A stretch of 64,000 bases of DNA, taken from NCBI GenBank assembly GCA_902466735.1, contig CABQSB010000009.1, forward strand, positions 21,352 through 85,351. Reading direction: 5' to 3'. Both the position numbers and the translations under genes were made by a program. Of this stretch, positions 48,612-57,686 are shown piece after piece. Each line of letters opens with the position of its first letter. Position 1 is the first letter of the stretch. This stretch comes from an uncultured Collinsella sp. (lineage in GTDB: Bacteria; Actinomycetota; Coriobacteriia; Coriobacteriales; Coriobacteriaceae). Below the pieces are notes generated by a model, which was not told where the DNA came from, did not search any database, and saw nothing but the letters and a program-made list of their open reading frames with translations.

Positions 48612-49546
48612 GCGGACGCACCCTTCAGGACGCGCACGGCGCCATCGACCAGATCGTCAACGATTTCACGCGCGCTCTGGCGTTCGTTGACCATTCCGGC
48701 AATCTGTCCGCACAAATACGAACCCTCTTCGTAATTACCGTCCTTTGCGGCTTTACGAAGCGCGCCCGTGCCCATGGCCCCGAGCTCCTCGGGGCTTGCG
48801 CCAGCCGCCTCGTTCTTGGCATACGCGTTGGTGAAGGGACTCTTGAGGGCGCGAACCGGATGTCCCGTCGAGCGACCGGTCGCACGCGTCGACGTGTCGC
48901 CTGCCTTGAGCACCAACTCTTTGTACTGTTCGGATACGGTGCACTCGTTTGCGACCAGAAAGCGTGTTCCCACCTGGACTCCGGCAGCGCCGAGCATAAA
49001 GGCGGCCGCTACACCGCGGCCATCGGCGATGCCGCCAGCCGCAACCACGGGAATATCGACCGCATCGACAACCTGCGGCACCAGTGCCATCGTCGAGGTC
49101 TCGCCAATATGGCCGCCTGATTCGGTACCCTCGGCAACCACGGCAGTGGCTCCGCGACGCGCCACGAGACGCGCCAGCGCCACCGAAGCCACGACGGGAA
49201 TAACCTTGATGCCCGCATCGCCCCAGGCCTTCATGTACTTGGTGGGATTGCCGGCGCCGGTCACCACAACGGGCACCTGCTCATCAATCACCACTTGTGC
49301 GACCTCGTCGACAAACGGGCTCATGAGCATAACGTTGACGCCAAAGGGCTTATCCGTCTTGGCGCGCAGCTCGTGAATCTGATCGCGCAGCCAGTTTGCG
49401 TCGGCATTCATGGCCGCGATAATCCCTAAGCCGCCTGCCTCGGACACGGCAGATGCCAGCGAGGCGTCGGCAATCCAGGCCATGCCACCCTGGAACACGG
49501 GTTTTTCGATGCCGAGCAGATCGCAGAGAGGAGACTTGAGCATCAC
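48599..49546 (-). CDS. fabK: enoyl-ACP reductase II (FabK, FMN-dependent, nitronate-monooxygenase fold)
   Basis: NMO/FabK TIM-barrel pattern (GGMAWIADASLASAVSEAGGLGIIA). Sits between acpP and fabD as in streptococcal FASII clusters. Confidence 0.8.
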   Translation of the reverse strand: MMLKSPLCDLLGIEKPVFQGGMAWIADASLASAVSEAGGLGIIAAMNADANWLRDQIHELRAKTDKPFGVNVMLMSPFVDEVAQVVIDEQVPVVVTGAGNPTKYMKAWGDAGIKVIPVVASVALARLVARRGATAVVAEGTESGGHIGETSTMALVPQVVDAVDIPVVAAGGIADGRGVAAAFMLGAAGVQVGTRFLVANECTVSEQYKELVLKAGDTSTRATGRSTGHPVRALKSPFTNAYAKNEAAGASPEELGAMGTGALRKAAKDGNYEEGSYLCGQIAGMVNERQSAREIVDDLVDGAVRVLKGASAWVA

Positions 49547-49782
49547 TACTTCTCCAATGCCGCCTCGACCGTATCGACGAACTCGCCGACCGTCTTGGGA
49601 TTCTCCTCGGTATCGAGCTCAATGCCAAACTCGTCCTCGACGGCGACGAGGATTTCGACAGTGCCAAGGCTGTCGAGACCAATCTCCTCGAGCGTTGACT
49701 CGGGCCTCATCTCGACGTCGTCAAGGCCAGCCGTCTCGCGGATAACGTCGCAAACGCGCTCGAAGGTCTTCTGATCTGCCAT
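49546..49782 (-). CDS. acpP: acyl carrier protein
   Basis: 78 aa. Phosphopantetheine attachment motif GLDSL. Confidence 0.93.
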   Translation of the reverse strand: MADQKTFERVCDVIRETAGLDDVEMRPESTLEEIGLDSLGTVEILVAVEDEFGIELDTEENPKTVGEFVDTVEAALEK

Positions 49783-49834
49783 GGTAGTTCTCCTTTGTTT
49801 GTGCCCTAGGGGCGGTTTTATTTCCTATGTGCGA

Positions 49835-50794
49835 CTACTTCCAACGAAGCAGATAGCCACCTATATCCAGGCCGGCGCCAAATCCAACGAGGGCGATGGT
49901 GTCGCCCACATTCAGTGCGTCGGTGCGTGCCAGTCGGTCAAGCGCAAAGGGAATGCAGGCGCTCGAAATGTTGCCGGTCTCCCGCAGCGTTCGAACCATG
50001 AGCTCGTCTGGCACGCCGAGGCGCTTGACCGCCTGACTCAGGATTCGTTCGTTAGCCTGATGGAATACAAAATGATCGATGTCTTCGACCGAAATGCCCG
50101 CATCGCTCGCAAGCTTATGGACCGTGTCGCAGATGGCGTTGACGCCGAACTTGAACACGCGGCGGCCATTCATGGACAGCACGCTCTCGCTATCTGCGGA
50201 GGCCTTAAACGGCGAGGTACCGACCAGACCGGGAACGCGCAACGTCTCGACGTCGGGCGCCGTCGAAAGCTCAACGGCAAGGGGGTTGTCTCCCCCAGCC
50301 CCAATCACTGCGGCGCCTGCCCCATCGCCAAAGAGCACGCACGTGGCACGGTCGGTCCAATCGAGCGCGCGCGTCATCTGCTCGGCGGCAACGACCAGCA
50401 CGTGCTCGGCGCGACCGCGGGCGATATAGCCCTCGGCGACATCGAGCGCAAATACGAAGCCGGCACAAGCCGCCGAGACATCGAAGGCAGGGCACGTCGC
50501 GCCTAGTCGCTCAGCAACGGCACACGCCTCAGCGGGAACAAGGTGATCACCTGTCGTCGTCGAGCAGACGATCAGATCCAGCTGGCTCGCGTCGATTCCG
50601 GACACCCGGAGTGCCCGCTCGCTCGCCGCTACGGCAAGGTCGTCAAGTGACTCGGTGGTGCAGACGTGGCGGCTCTTGATACCTGTGCGGGTAAAAATCC
50701 ACTCATCCGAGGTGTCCAGGAACTCGGACAGCTCGTCGTTGGAAACGCTGCGCTCAGGAAGTGCCGAGCCCGTTCCCAGTATCGTGAAACCCAT
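49835..50794 (-). CDS. fabH: beta-ketoacyl-ACP synthase III
   Basis: 319 aa. KAS III pattern with active-site Cys (AACAGF), His, Asn. Confidence 0.92.
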   Translation of the reverse strand: MGFTILGTGSALPERSVSNDELSEFLDTSDEWIFTRTGIKSRHVCTTESLDDLAVAASERALRVSGIDASQLDLIVCSTTTGDHLVPAEACAVAERLGATCPAFDVSAACAGFVFALDVAEGYIARGRAEHVLVVAAEQMTRALDWTDRATCVLFGDGAGAAVIGAGGDNPLAVELSTAPDVETLRVPGLVGTSPFKASADSESVLSMNGRRVFKFGVNAICDTVHKLASDAGISVEDIDHFVFHQANERILSQAVKRLGVPDELMVRTLRETGNISSACIPFALDRLARTDALNVGDTIALVGFGAGLDIGGYLLRWK

Positions 50795-50810
50795 CGCTCA
50801 CCTCCTTTGA

Positions 50811-50880
50811 GTTGTTGATGTGTTTACATCGACCAAGAGAGGATAGCGCATTCTGCGCTTTGTTGACGTGTTAACATCAA
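50811..50880. promoter_or_regulatory. two direct copies of a 19-nt partly palindromic motif TTGTTGAYGTGTTWACATC in the fabH/birA divergent promoter region: candidate operator
   Basis: gttgttgatgtgtttacatcg (about 50811-50831) and tttgttgacgtgttaacatcaa (about 50858-50880). Confidence 0.35.
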
Positions 50881-50970
50881 ATTGTCCAAATGCGACAAAG
50901 GCTTCACATTGTGTCTATCTCTCGACACCATTGCGTCATTCACTTATTCATTAAGGAGGTAGCAGCCGCT

Positions 50971-51747
50971 ATGGATGCCCAATTAACGATAGTCGACGTA
51001 ACCGGATCGACCAACGATGACCTGCTCGAGGCTGGAAAACAGGGTGCGCCGCACGGCACGGGACTTGCCGCCTGGGCTCAGACGGCAGGACGCGGCCGAC
51101 GCGGCCACAAGTGGGACTCAACCGCCGGCAACCTGTTGCTTTCGATTGTCCTACGTCCACATGTTAATGCCGCCAAGTACTCTGGTCTTGCTGCCGTCAG
51201 CGGCCTAGCGGTGCTCGGGACGCTCGGGGCGCAAGGCCTTGCGAACGAGATCGGCCTCAAATGGCCCAACGACCTCGTCGCGCGGGGACATAAGCTCGGC
51301 GGCATTCTGGTCGAAGCGACGCGCGACAACGAGGGCGAGCCCTTCGCCGTCTGCGGCATTGGCGTCAATGTAAACTACACGCCCCAAGAGGTGCCCGATG
51401 GCGGCTTGGCGGCAATTGGCCTCTCAGACCTCAACGAGAATGTTCCCGCCGTCGATGTGCTACTCAAGGAGGTCTATCACGCCGTTATAGACGCTGTAGA
51501 TGCGTGGGCAGAGCGCCTCAACGCCATGGAAGAAAATGCCGGACCGTTAGCACCCGTCCACGACGAATATATCGCTCACCTCAATTGGATTGGGGAGCAC
51601 GTTATCGCCCGCTCCCCCGCTGGAGACGAACTGGCGCGAGGCATCTTTCAAACCGTCGATGACTGTGGTCGCGCGCGCATCAAGACAGAAGACGGCTTTC
51701 GATCCTTCCATTTTGAGGAGGCATCGCTGCGTCCCATGGGCACATAA
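50971..51747 (+). CDS. birA: biotin--[acetyl-CoA-carboxylase] ligase, catalytic-only form (no N-terminal DNA-binding domain)
   Basis: Start trimmed to MDAQLTIV (AAGGAGG RBS). GRGRRG biotin-binding motif. 258 aa. Confidence 0.85.
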   Translation: MDAQLTIVDVTGSTNDDLLEAGKQGAPHGTGLAAWAQTAGRGRRGHKWDSTAGNLLLSIVLRPHVNAAKYSGLAAVSGLAVLGTLGAQGLANEIGLKWPNDLVARGHKLGGILVEATRDNEGEPFAVCGIGVNVNYTPQEVPDGGLAAIGLSDLNENVPAVDVLLKEVYHAVIDAVDAWAERLNAMEENAGPLAPVHDEYIAHLNWIGEHVIARSPAGDELARGIFQTVDDCGRARIKTEDGFRSFHFEEASLRPMGT

Positions 51748-51807
51748 GGCACCACAACCACTCATTCGGCTGCATCGCCCGGACCCCCAAGGCCATCATG
51801 CAAAACA

Positions 51808-51842
51808 AAAGAGCCCCGCTACCGTAATGGCAGCGGGGCTCT
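51808..51842 (-). terminator. intrinsic terminator after rpsJ (AGAGCCCCGCT / AGCGGGGCTCT 11-bp stem followed by UUUUGUUUUG on the minus strand)
   Basis: Perfect stem and U-tract, read directly between convergent rpsJ and birA. Confidence 0.75.
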
Positions 51843-51863
51843 GTAAGCTATGAGCGGTATCGC

Positions 51864-52172
51864 TTAGAGCTTGATGTCGATGTCGACGCCAGCGGGGAGG
51901 TCGAGACGCATGAGCGAATCAACGGTGCCCGAGGTGGGGTCGAGAATGTCGATGAGGCGCTTGTGGGTGCGCATCTCGAACTGCTCACGGGAGTCCTTAT
52001 TCACGTGCGGCGAGCGGATAACCGTGTACAGGTTACGCTCGGTGGGCAGGGGGACAGGGCCGGAAACGCGAGCACCGGTCTTCTGAGCGGTCTCGACGAT
52101 GAGCTTCGCGGACTGATCGACGACCTCGTGATCATAGCCCTTGAGGCGAATGCGGATCTTCTGGGTAGCCAA
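51864..52172 (-). CDS. rpsJ: 30S ribosomal protein S10
   Basis: [44 protein letters not shown]... canonical S10. Confidence 0.95.
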   Translation of the reverse strand: MATQKIRIRLKGYDHEVVDQSAKLIVETAQKTGARVSGPVPLPTERNLYTVIRSPHVNKDSREQFEMRTHKRLIDILDPTSGTVDSLMRLDLPAGVDIDIKL

Positions 52173-52233
52173 CTTAAACCTCCAAAGAGTGCGAGAGATG
52201 TTCTCGCAGGATTACGTAACAGGGAGCTCGAAC

Positions 52234-54333
52234 TTAGGCGTTCTTGCTCATGACCTCGTCCACGATGGACTTGGGCGCGGGCTCATAAGAGTCGAACTGC
52301 ATCGTGTAGGATGCACGGCCCTGGGTCTGGGAGCGAAGGTCGGTAGCGTAACCGAACATCTCGCCCAGCGGCACCTTGGCACGGATGAGCTTGCTGTTCT
52401 TGCGATCCTCCATGCCCTCGATCTTACCGCGGCGACCGGAGAGGTTGCCCATAACGTCGCCCATGTACTGCTCGGGGGTCTCGACCTCGACAGCCATGAT
52501 CGGCTCGAGCAGCTGCGGGTCGGACTTCTTGAGAGCGTCCTTGATAGCCATGGAACCGGCGATCTTAAAGGCGGCCTCGGAGGAGTCGACCTCGTGGTAA
52601 GAACCGTCGAACAGGGTGACCTTGACGTCGAGGACCGGGAAGCCGGCGATAACACCGGTGTTCAGGGCCTCCTGGATGCCCTTGTCGATGGACGGGATGT
52701 ACTCCTTGGGCACGACGCCGCCGACGATAGCGTTGACGAACTCGTAGCCGAAGCCCTCCTCCATCTTCTCGAGCTTGATGACGGCGTGGCCGTACTGACC
52801 GCGACCACCGGACTGACGGACGAACTTGCCCTCAGCCTTCTCGACGTCGTGACCAGCGGTCTCGCGGTAGGCAACCTGGGGCTTACCGACGTTAGCGTCA
52901 ACCTTGAACTCGCGGAGCAGACGGTCGACGATGATCTCGAGGTGCAGCTCGCCCATGCCGGCGATGATGGTCTGGCCGGTCTCGTGGTTGGTGGACACCT
53001 GGAAGGTCGGGTCCTCCTCGGCGAGCTTGGTCAGAGCCAGGGACATCTTGTCCTGCTCGGCCTTGGTCTTGGGCTCGATGGCAACGTCAATAACGGGCTT
53101 AGCGAACTCGATCTTCTCGAGGACGATCTCCTTGCCCTCGGCGCACAGGGTGTCACCGGTGGTGGAGTTCTTGAAGCCGACGCAAGCGACGATGTCGCCG
53201 GCGGCAGCGTCGTCACGGTCGATACGCTCGGCGGCGTTCATCTCGAGGATGCGGCCGAGGCGCTCGCGCTGACCGTTGGAAGCGTTGACAACGTAGGAGC
53301 CGGACTCGGCGCGGCCGGAGTAAACGCGGACGTAGGTGAGCTTACCGACGAACGGGTCGGTCATGATCTTGAAGACCAGGCCGGAGAAGGGCTCGTCGAA
53401 GGAAGGATGACGCTGAATCTCCTCGCCGGTGTCCGGATCGGTACCGGTGACGGCCTCGACGTCAAGCGGGCTGGGCAGGTAGTCGACGACAGCGTCGAGC
53501 AGCTCCTGAACGCCCTTGTTCTTGTAGGCGGAACCCACGAAGACGAGGTTGAGCTCGTTGGCCAGAACGCCCTTGCGCAGAGCAGCCTTGAGCTCCTCGA
53601 CGGTGAAGTCCTCCTCCATGAGGATCTTCTCCATGAGCTCGTCGTCAAAGCTGGCAGCAGCGTCGAGGAGCTCCTCGCGCTTGGTGGCAGCGATGTCGGC
53701 AAACTCAGCCGGGATCTCGTCCATCGGCTCGGGGTAGGTCATACCCTTCTCGTCGGCCTTGAAGTCCCATGCAGTCATGGTGACCAGGTCGATGACGCCC
53801 CAGAAGTTGTCCTCGGCGCCCATCGGGACCTGAGCGGCCACGGCGTTGGCGTCGAGACGATCCTTCATGGTCTCGATAGCGTTGAAGAAGTCAGCGCCCA
53901 CGCGGTCATACTTGTTGATGAAGGCGATGCGGGGGACGTTGAAGGTAGAAGCCTGACGCCAAACGGTCTCAGACTGGGGCTGAACGCCGGCAACGGCGTC
54001 GAAGACGGCGACAGCGCCATCGAGGACGCGCAGGCAGCGCTCGACCTCGGCGGTGAAGTCAACGTGGCCCGGGGTGTCGATGATCTGGATGCGGTAGTCC
54101 TTACCGTCCTTGTTCCAGAAGCAGGTGGTAGCAGCGGAGGTAATGGTTACGCCGCGCTCCTGCTCCTGAACCATCCAGTCCATGGTGGCAGCGCCCTCAT
54201 GGACCTCACCGATCTTGTGGGTCTTACCGGTGTAGTAAAGAATACGCTCGGTCGTGGTGGTCTTACCAGCATCGATGTGGGCCATGATGCCGATGTTACG
54301 GGTATCGGAAAGCTTGTACTTAGGCTTAGCCAT
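52234..54333 (-). CDS. fusA: translation elongation factor G
   Basis: 699 aa. G-domain motifs [24 protein letters not shown] domains II-V. Confidence 0.97.
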   Translation of the reverse strand: MAKPKYKLSDTRNIGIMAHIDAGKTTTTERILYYTGKTHKIGEVHEGAATMDWMVQEQERGVTITSAATTCFWNKDGKDYRIQIIDTPGHVDFTAEVERCLRVLDGAVAVFDAVAGVQPQSETVWRQASTFNVPRIAFINKYDRVGADFFNAIETMKDRLDANAVAAQVPMGAEDNFWGVIDLVTMTAWDFKADEKGMTYPEPMDEIPAEFADIAATKREELLDAAASFDDELMEKILMEEDFTVEELKAALRKGVLANELNLVFVGSAYKNKGVQELLDAVVDYLPSPLDVEAVTGTDPDTGEEIQRHPSFDEPFSGLVFKIMTDPFVGKLTYVRVYSGRAESGSYVVNASNGQRERLGRILEMNAAERIDRDDAAAGDIVACVGFKNSTTGDTLCAEGKEIVLEKIEFAKPVIDVAIEPKTKAEQDKMSLALTKLAEEDPTFQVSTNHETGQTIIAGMGELHLEIIVDRLLREFKVDANVGKPQVAYRETAGHDVEKAEGKFVRQSGGRGQYGHAVIKLEKMEEGFGYEFVNAIVGGVVPKEYIPSIDKGIQEALNTGVIAGFPVLDVKVTLFDGSYHEVDSSEAAFKIAGSMAIKDALKKSDPQLLEPIMAVEVETPEQYMGDVMGNLSGRRGKIEGMEDRKNSKLIRAKVPLGEMFGYATDLRSQTQGRASYTMQFDSYEPAPKSIVDEVMSKNA

Positions 54334-54352
54334 GTTAGTTCCTTACCTTAAC

Positions 54353-54826
54353 TTACCAACGATAGTGAGAGAACGCGCGGTTGGCCTCGGCCATCTTGAA
54401 GACGTCCTCACGCTTCTTGACGGAAGCGCCCAGGCCGTTGGAAGCGTCGAGGATCTCGTTGGCGAGACGCTCGGCCATGGTCTTCTCCTTGCGAGCGCGG
54501 GAGAAGTTGACGATCCAGCGAATGCCCAGAGCGGTGGAACGACGGGAGTTGACCTCCATCGGGACCTGATAGGTAGCGCCACCGACACGCTTGGGCTTAA
54601 CCTCGAGCGTGGGCTTGACGTTGTCCATAGCCTTCTTGAAGGTAGCGAGAGCGTCGCCACCCTCGGACTTCTCGGCAACGATCTCGAAAGCGGTGTAAAC
54701 GATGCGCTCAGCGGTGGCCTTCTTGCCGTCAAGAAGGACCTTGTTGATGAGCTGAGTCACCAGGCGGTTGTTGTAAACGGCGTCAGGCTGAACCTCACGA
54801 CGATTAGCTGCTGCACGACGCGGCAT
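54353..54826 (-). CDS. rpsG: 30S ribosomal protein S7
   Basis: [30 protein letters not shown]... canonical S7. Confidence 0.95.
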   Translation of the reverse strand: MPRRAAANRREVQPDAVYNNRLVTQLINKVLLDGKKATAERIVYTAFEIVAEKSEGGDALATFKKAMDNVKPTLEVKPKRVGGATYQVPMEVNSRRSTALGIRWIVNFSRARKEKTMAERLANEILDASNGLGASVKKREDVFKMAEANRAFSHYRW

Positions 54827-54900
54827 GTGAAATCTCCTTAAGTGTCTACCGTGCGGCGCTCAAGACGGCACACGGCGAAAGTATCAAAACGTTATCTGGC

Positions 54901-55278
54901 TTATTTAGCCTTGGGGCGCTTAGCACCGTACTTGGAACGGGCCTGCATACGGTTCTGGACCGGAGCAGCGTCGTAGGCGCCACGGATGACGTGATAACGG
55001 ACACCAGGGAGGTCACGGACACGACCGCCGCGGACGAGCACGATGGAGTGCTCCTGCAGGTTGTGGCCCTCACCCGGGATGTAAGCAGTAACTTCGATGC
55101 CGTTGACGAGGCGAACACGGGCAACCTTACGAAGAGCCGAGTTCGGCTTCTTGGGGCTCGTGGTGAAGACGCGGGTGCACACGCCGCGCTTCTGGGAGTT
55201 GTGCTGCAGAGCAGCGTTCTTGGACTTCTTGGGCACGGAACGACGGCCCTGGCGAACCAGCTGGTTAATAGTAGGCAA
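54901..55278 (-). CDS. rpsL: 30S ribosomal protein S12
   Basis: [20 protein letters not shown]...[16 protein letters not shown] canonical S12. Confidence 0.95.
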   Translation of the reverse strand: MPTINQLVRQGRRSVPKKSKNAALQHNSQKRGVCTRVFTTSPKKPNSALRKVARVRLVNGIEVTAYIPGEGHNLQEHSIVLVRGGRVRDLPGVRYHVIRGAYDAAPVQNRMQARSKYGAKRPKAK

Positions 55279-55483
55279 AGCGTACTCCTTCTCGAATGAT
55301 TCCAGCTTTCTGTAAAGTGCAACGGCTTGAATCGAGGGGTCAGCATCCCCCTACGAAACACGCAGTTCGATAGGATACGTGGCGTTAGCTGTGCCGTCAA
55401 CAGACCACGCCGCCGGGCGTATCCCAAAATTGGCACATTTCCGCAAAGCCTACACAAAAGGAATCCCCTCCTGTGCGCGGGGG

Positions 55484-55624
55484 CGGATCCCCGGGCCGGG
55501 CGGCACAGGGGTTAAGTTTGCTGCTCTACAGTCCTGGCTCGCACGGAGGCCACATTAAGTGGCCTCCGGCTCGTGCGGAACTCGCGACAAACTTAACCCC
55601 TGTGCCGCCCGGGCCGGGGATCCG
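55484..55624 (+). repeat. Copy 3 of the structured element: diverged 67-nt core flanked by a perfect 37-bp inverted repeat
   Basis: CGGATCCCCGGGCCGGGCGGCACAGGGGTTAAGTTTG, then core with GGAGGCCAC ATTAA GTGGCCTCC (compensatory changes relative to copies 1 and 2), then the exact reverse complement of the flank. About 200 nt upstream of rpsL. Confidence 0.8.
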
Positions 55625-55647
55625 ACGTGCTCGTCGGGGCAACGTTA

Positions 55648-55692
55648 CCTGCCAAAAAGGGACAGGTTTATTTTGGTCGGTTTTATCTGGGG
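55648..55692 (+). repeat. left ~45-bp terminal inverted repeat of the sigma/anti-sigma cassette (CCTGCCAAAAAGGGACAGGTTTATTTTGGTCGGTTTTATCTGGGG)
   Basis: Near-identical to the reverse complement of 57457-57507 and to the solo copy at 28254. Confidence 0.75.
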
Positions 55693-55830
55693 AAACGTCG
55701 CGCTCCAACGGTGATCTGCTCTCACCTGTCGCATGGAAATCGGCGGCGTCTTCGGAAGTATATCGCTCGGTCTAACCGTCCATTTAATGCAAAATGGGCC
55801 GCCTCCCCTAATAGGAAGCGGCCCCAAATC

Positions 55831-56907
55831 TTACGAATAGACGATGGTAAAGGGTTCCGACGTTTCGGCGCCCCCTGTTGAAGTGCAGCGTGTGCCCTCA
55901 AGCGTTACTGAGACCACTTGGTCGACATCAATCAACTTCGTTGGCACCCAGATGTTCTCTCCGCTATTGCGCGCATAAGAAAAATATAAGTTGAACGCCC
56001 CTGCGTCGTCATCTTCGATAATCTGCTCCGATCCATCCTTGTAGGTAACCGTCAACTTCTTCGTGACTGCGTCAATGCCCAGATCATCGATGTGCGTCTG
56101 GATGGAAAACGGGCTGATCTCGAGAGGCGTGTCATCGGAGCGGAGTTCCTTAGTATCGACGTACGCTCCAACGCTAAACTCGGGTGTCGATGCCTCGAAC
56201 GGCTTCGCATCCTCTCCTTCGCCCTCGGTCCACGAGATATTCCAGGTGACCGCATGTTGAAAACCTCGCTCGCGATCCATAGAAGCAAAGTACATCGTGC
56301 CATTAATGACAGTATCGCTTGATGTGTCCTTATCAATGGTGCAGCGTGTATCAGCCCATTCCTCGCCGAAGTTCATGCTGGGTGTACCGATGCCTTGTTC
56401 TTCTTCACCATAGAGAACAAGTTCGCCAGTCTCTGCTGCCGGCTTGTAGTAGTTAACACCATTCGGATTGGACAATGTAAACGTCACAGCACCGCAGCCG
56501 TTTTGGTCGATAGCCATATCATGAATGTCGAGCGTATAGCCGTTGCCCTCGACGGACAGATTGACCTTCTGGACTGCACCCTCCAGGCTTTGGGGCGCGA
56601 TACCATCACCAAACTCTCTGGTGTAGGTATATTTCGTCCCCGACGAGCCGCCATTTGTCCAGGTAACGGACTCTCCGTTGCCATGGTTTCCCCAGGCAGA
56701 GGCAAAATAACTGGAATTGACGACGGCGTAGGCGACCCCTCCGGTCGCCAGCACTCCGGCAAGACATCCGATTACGGCAACATACAGAGGCTTCGCGTGG
56801 CCCTTTCGGCGAAGCGGCTCGCCAGCAGCGGCATAAAGAACACGGTCAGCAAGATCGCTATCGGCTTGGACGGACTCGAAGGCCTGCTTGATCTGGTTGG
56901 ATTTCAC
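55831..56907 (-). CDS. membrane-anchored putative anti-sigma factor (DUF4179-like: short cytoplasmic N-terminus, one TM helix, large extracytoplasmic domain)
   Basis: 358 aa. TM segment LYVAVIGCLAGVLATGGVAYAVV after a roughly 40-aa N-terminus. Start overlaps the stop of the upstream ECF sigma gene. Confidence 0.55.
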   Translation of the reverse strand: MKSNQIKQAFESVQADSDLADRVLYAAAGEPLRRKGHAKPLYVAVIGCLAGVLATGGVAYAVVNSSYFASAWGNHGNGESVTWTNGGSSGTKYTYTREFGDGIAPQSLEGAVQKVNLSVEGNGYTLDIHDMAIDQNGCGAVTFTLSNPNGVNYYKPAAETGELVLYGEEEQGIGTPSMNFGEEWADTRCTIDKDTSSDTVINGTMYFASMDRERGFQHAVTWNISWTEGEGEDAKPFEASTPEFSVGAYVDTKELRSDDTPLEISPFSIQTHIDDLGIDAVTKKLTVTYKDGSEQIIEDDDAGAFNLYFSYARNSGENIWVPTKLIDVDQVVSVTLEGTRCTSTGGAETSEPFTIVYS

Positions 56908-57376
56908 GGTCGCCCTCCTCTAGGATGAACTTGAGCTTCAATCTGCCGCGAGCTAAACGCGTTCGAACGGTCGCGGCTGGCACATGCAGTAACTCGGCAA
57001 TTTCTGAAGTCGAGAAGCCCAGATAGTAATAGAGCACGATGGGGATACGGAATCGTTCCGGAAGCCGCATGACATCTGACAGGACGGCCTTGGTCTCATC
57101 CTGCGCTGTCGAAAGCGAATCGGCCAGGTTTTCAATATCCTCCACGCGCCTCCACGGCTTTCGAAAGAGAGATTTACATTCATTGATCGTGACCCGGATA
57201 AGCCATCGACGAAGATGCTCCCAGTTTTCAAATTGCGCGTCGCTTTTGAGTAACTTCAGAAAGACGTCTTGAGCGACATCGTCGGCGTCAGCGCGATCAC
57301 GCAGATACGTCAATGCGATCCGAAACACGACATCCCGGTGGTCTTCGACCGCCTGTCTAAAAGCTTGTTCTTCCAT
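56858..57376 (-). CDS. ECF (sigma-70 family, group 4) RNA polymerase sigma factor
   Basis: Start trimmed to MEEQAFRQAVEDHRDVVFRIALTYLRDRADADDVAQDVFLKLL (GGGAGG RBS). Sigma region 2 and region 4 HTH (YYLGFSTSEIAELLHVPAATVRTRLARGR). 172 aa. Confidence 0.85.
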   Translation of the reverse strand: MEEQAFRQAVEDHRDVVFRIALTYLRDRADADDVAQDVFLKLLKSDAQFENWEHLRRWLIRVTINECKSLFRKPWRRVEDIENLADSLSTAQDETKAVLSDVMRLPERFRIPIVLYYYLGFSTSEIAELLHVPAATVRTRLARGRLKLKFILEEGDREIQPDQAGLRVRPSR

Positions 57377-57456
57377 AATCACCTCCCGGTGACGCTGATG
57401 GTTCTTGATGAGGTCCTCACCATAGATACGCTTTGGCCGAACGAAATGTTTCAAAT

Positions 57457-57507
57457 CCAAGCAGGAAAAACCTACCAAAATAAACCTGTCCCTTTTTGGC
57501 AAGGGAT
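57457..57507 (-). repeat. right ~45-bp terminal inverted repeat of the sigma/anti-sigma cassette
   Basis: Reverse complement reads CTTGCCAAAAAGGGACAGGTTTATTTTGGTAGGTTTTTCCTG. Pairs with 55648-55692 in inverted orientation. Confidence 0.75.
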
Positions 57508-57571
57508 CAACGGAACGCAACAGGTTGAGCATAAGTAAGCGAGCGGCCCCCAGAGCGTACAAGGTGGCATG

Positions 57572-57613
57572 AAAAAGGCAGGGCATTGACCTTTTGGTCT
57601 TGCCCTGCCTTTT
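57572..57613 (-). terminator. intrinsic terminator of rpoC (GGCAGGGCA / TGCCCTGCC stem followed by UUUUUUCAUG on the minus strand, A-run on the other side)
   Basis: Perfect 9-bp stem flanked by A5 and T4, 75 nt downstream of the rpoC stop. Confidence 0.75.
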
Positions 57614-57686
57614 GAATGACAGATTGTAGCTGTGGGGGCCGCGCAGCGACGGAGGTCGCCGCCGTTCGTTAGAACGGCGGAACTAA

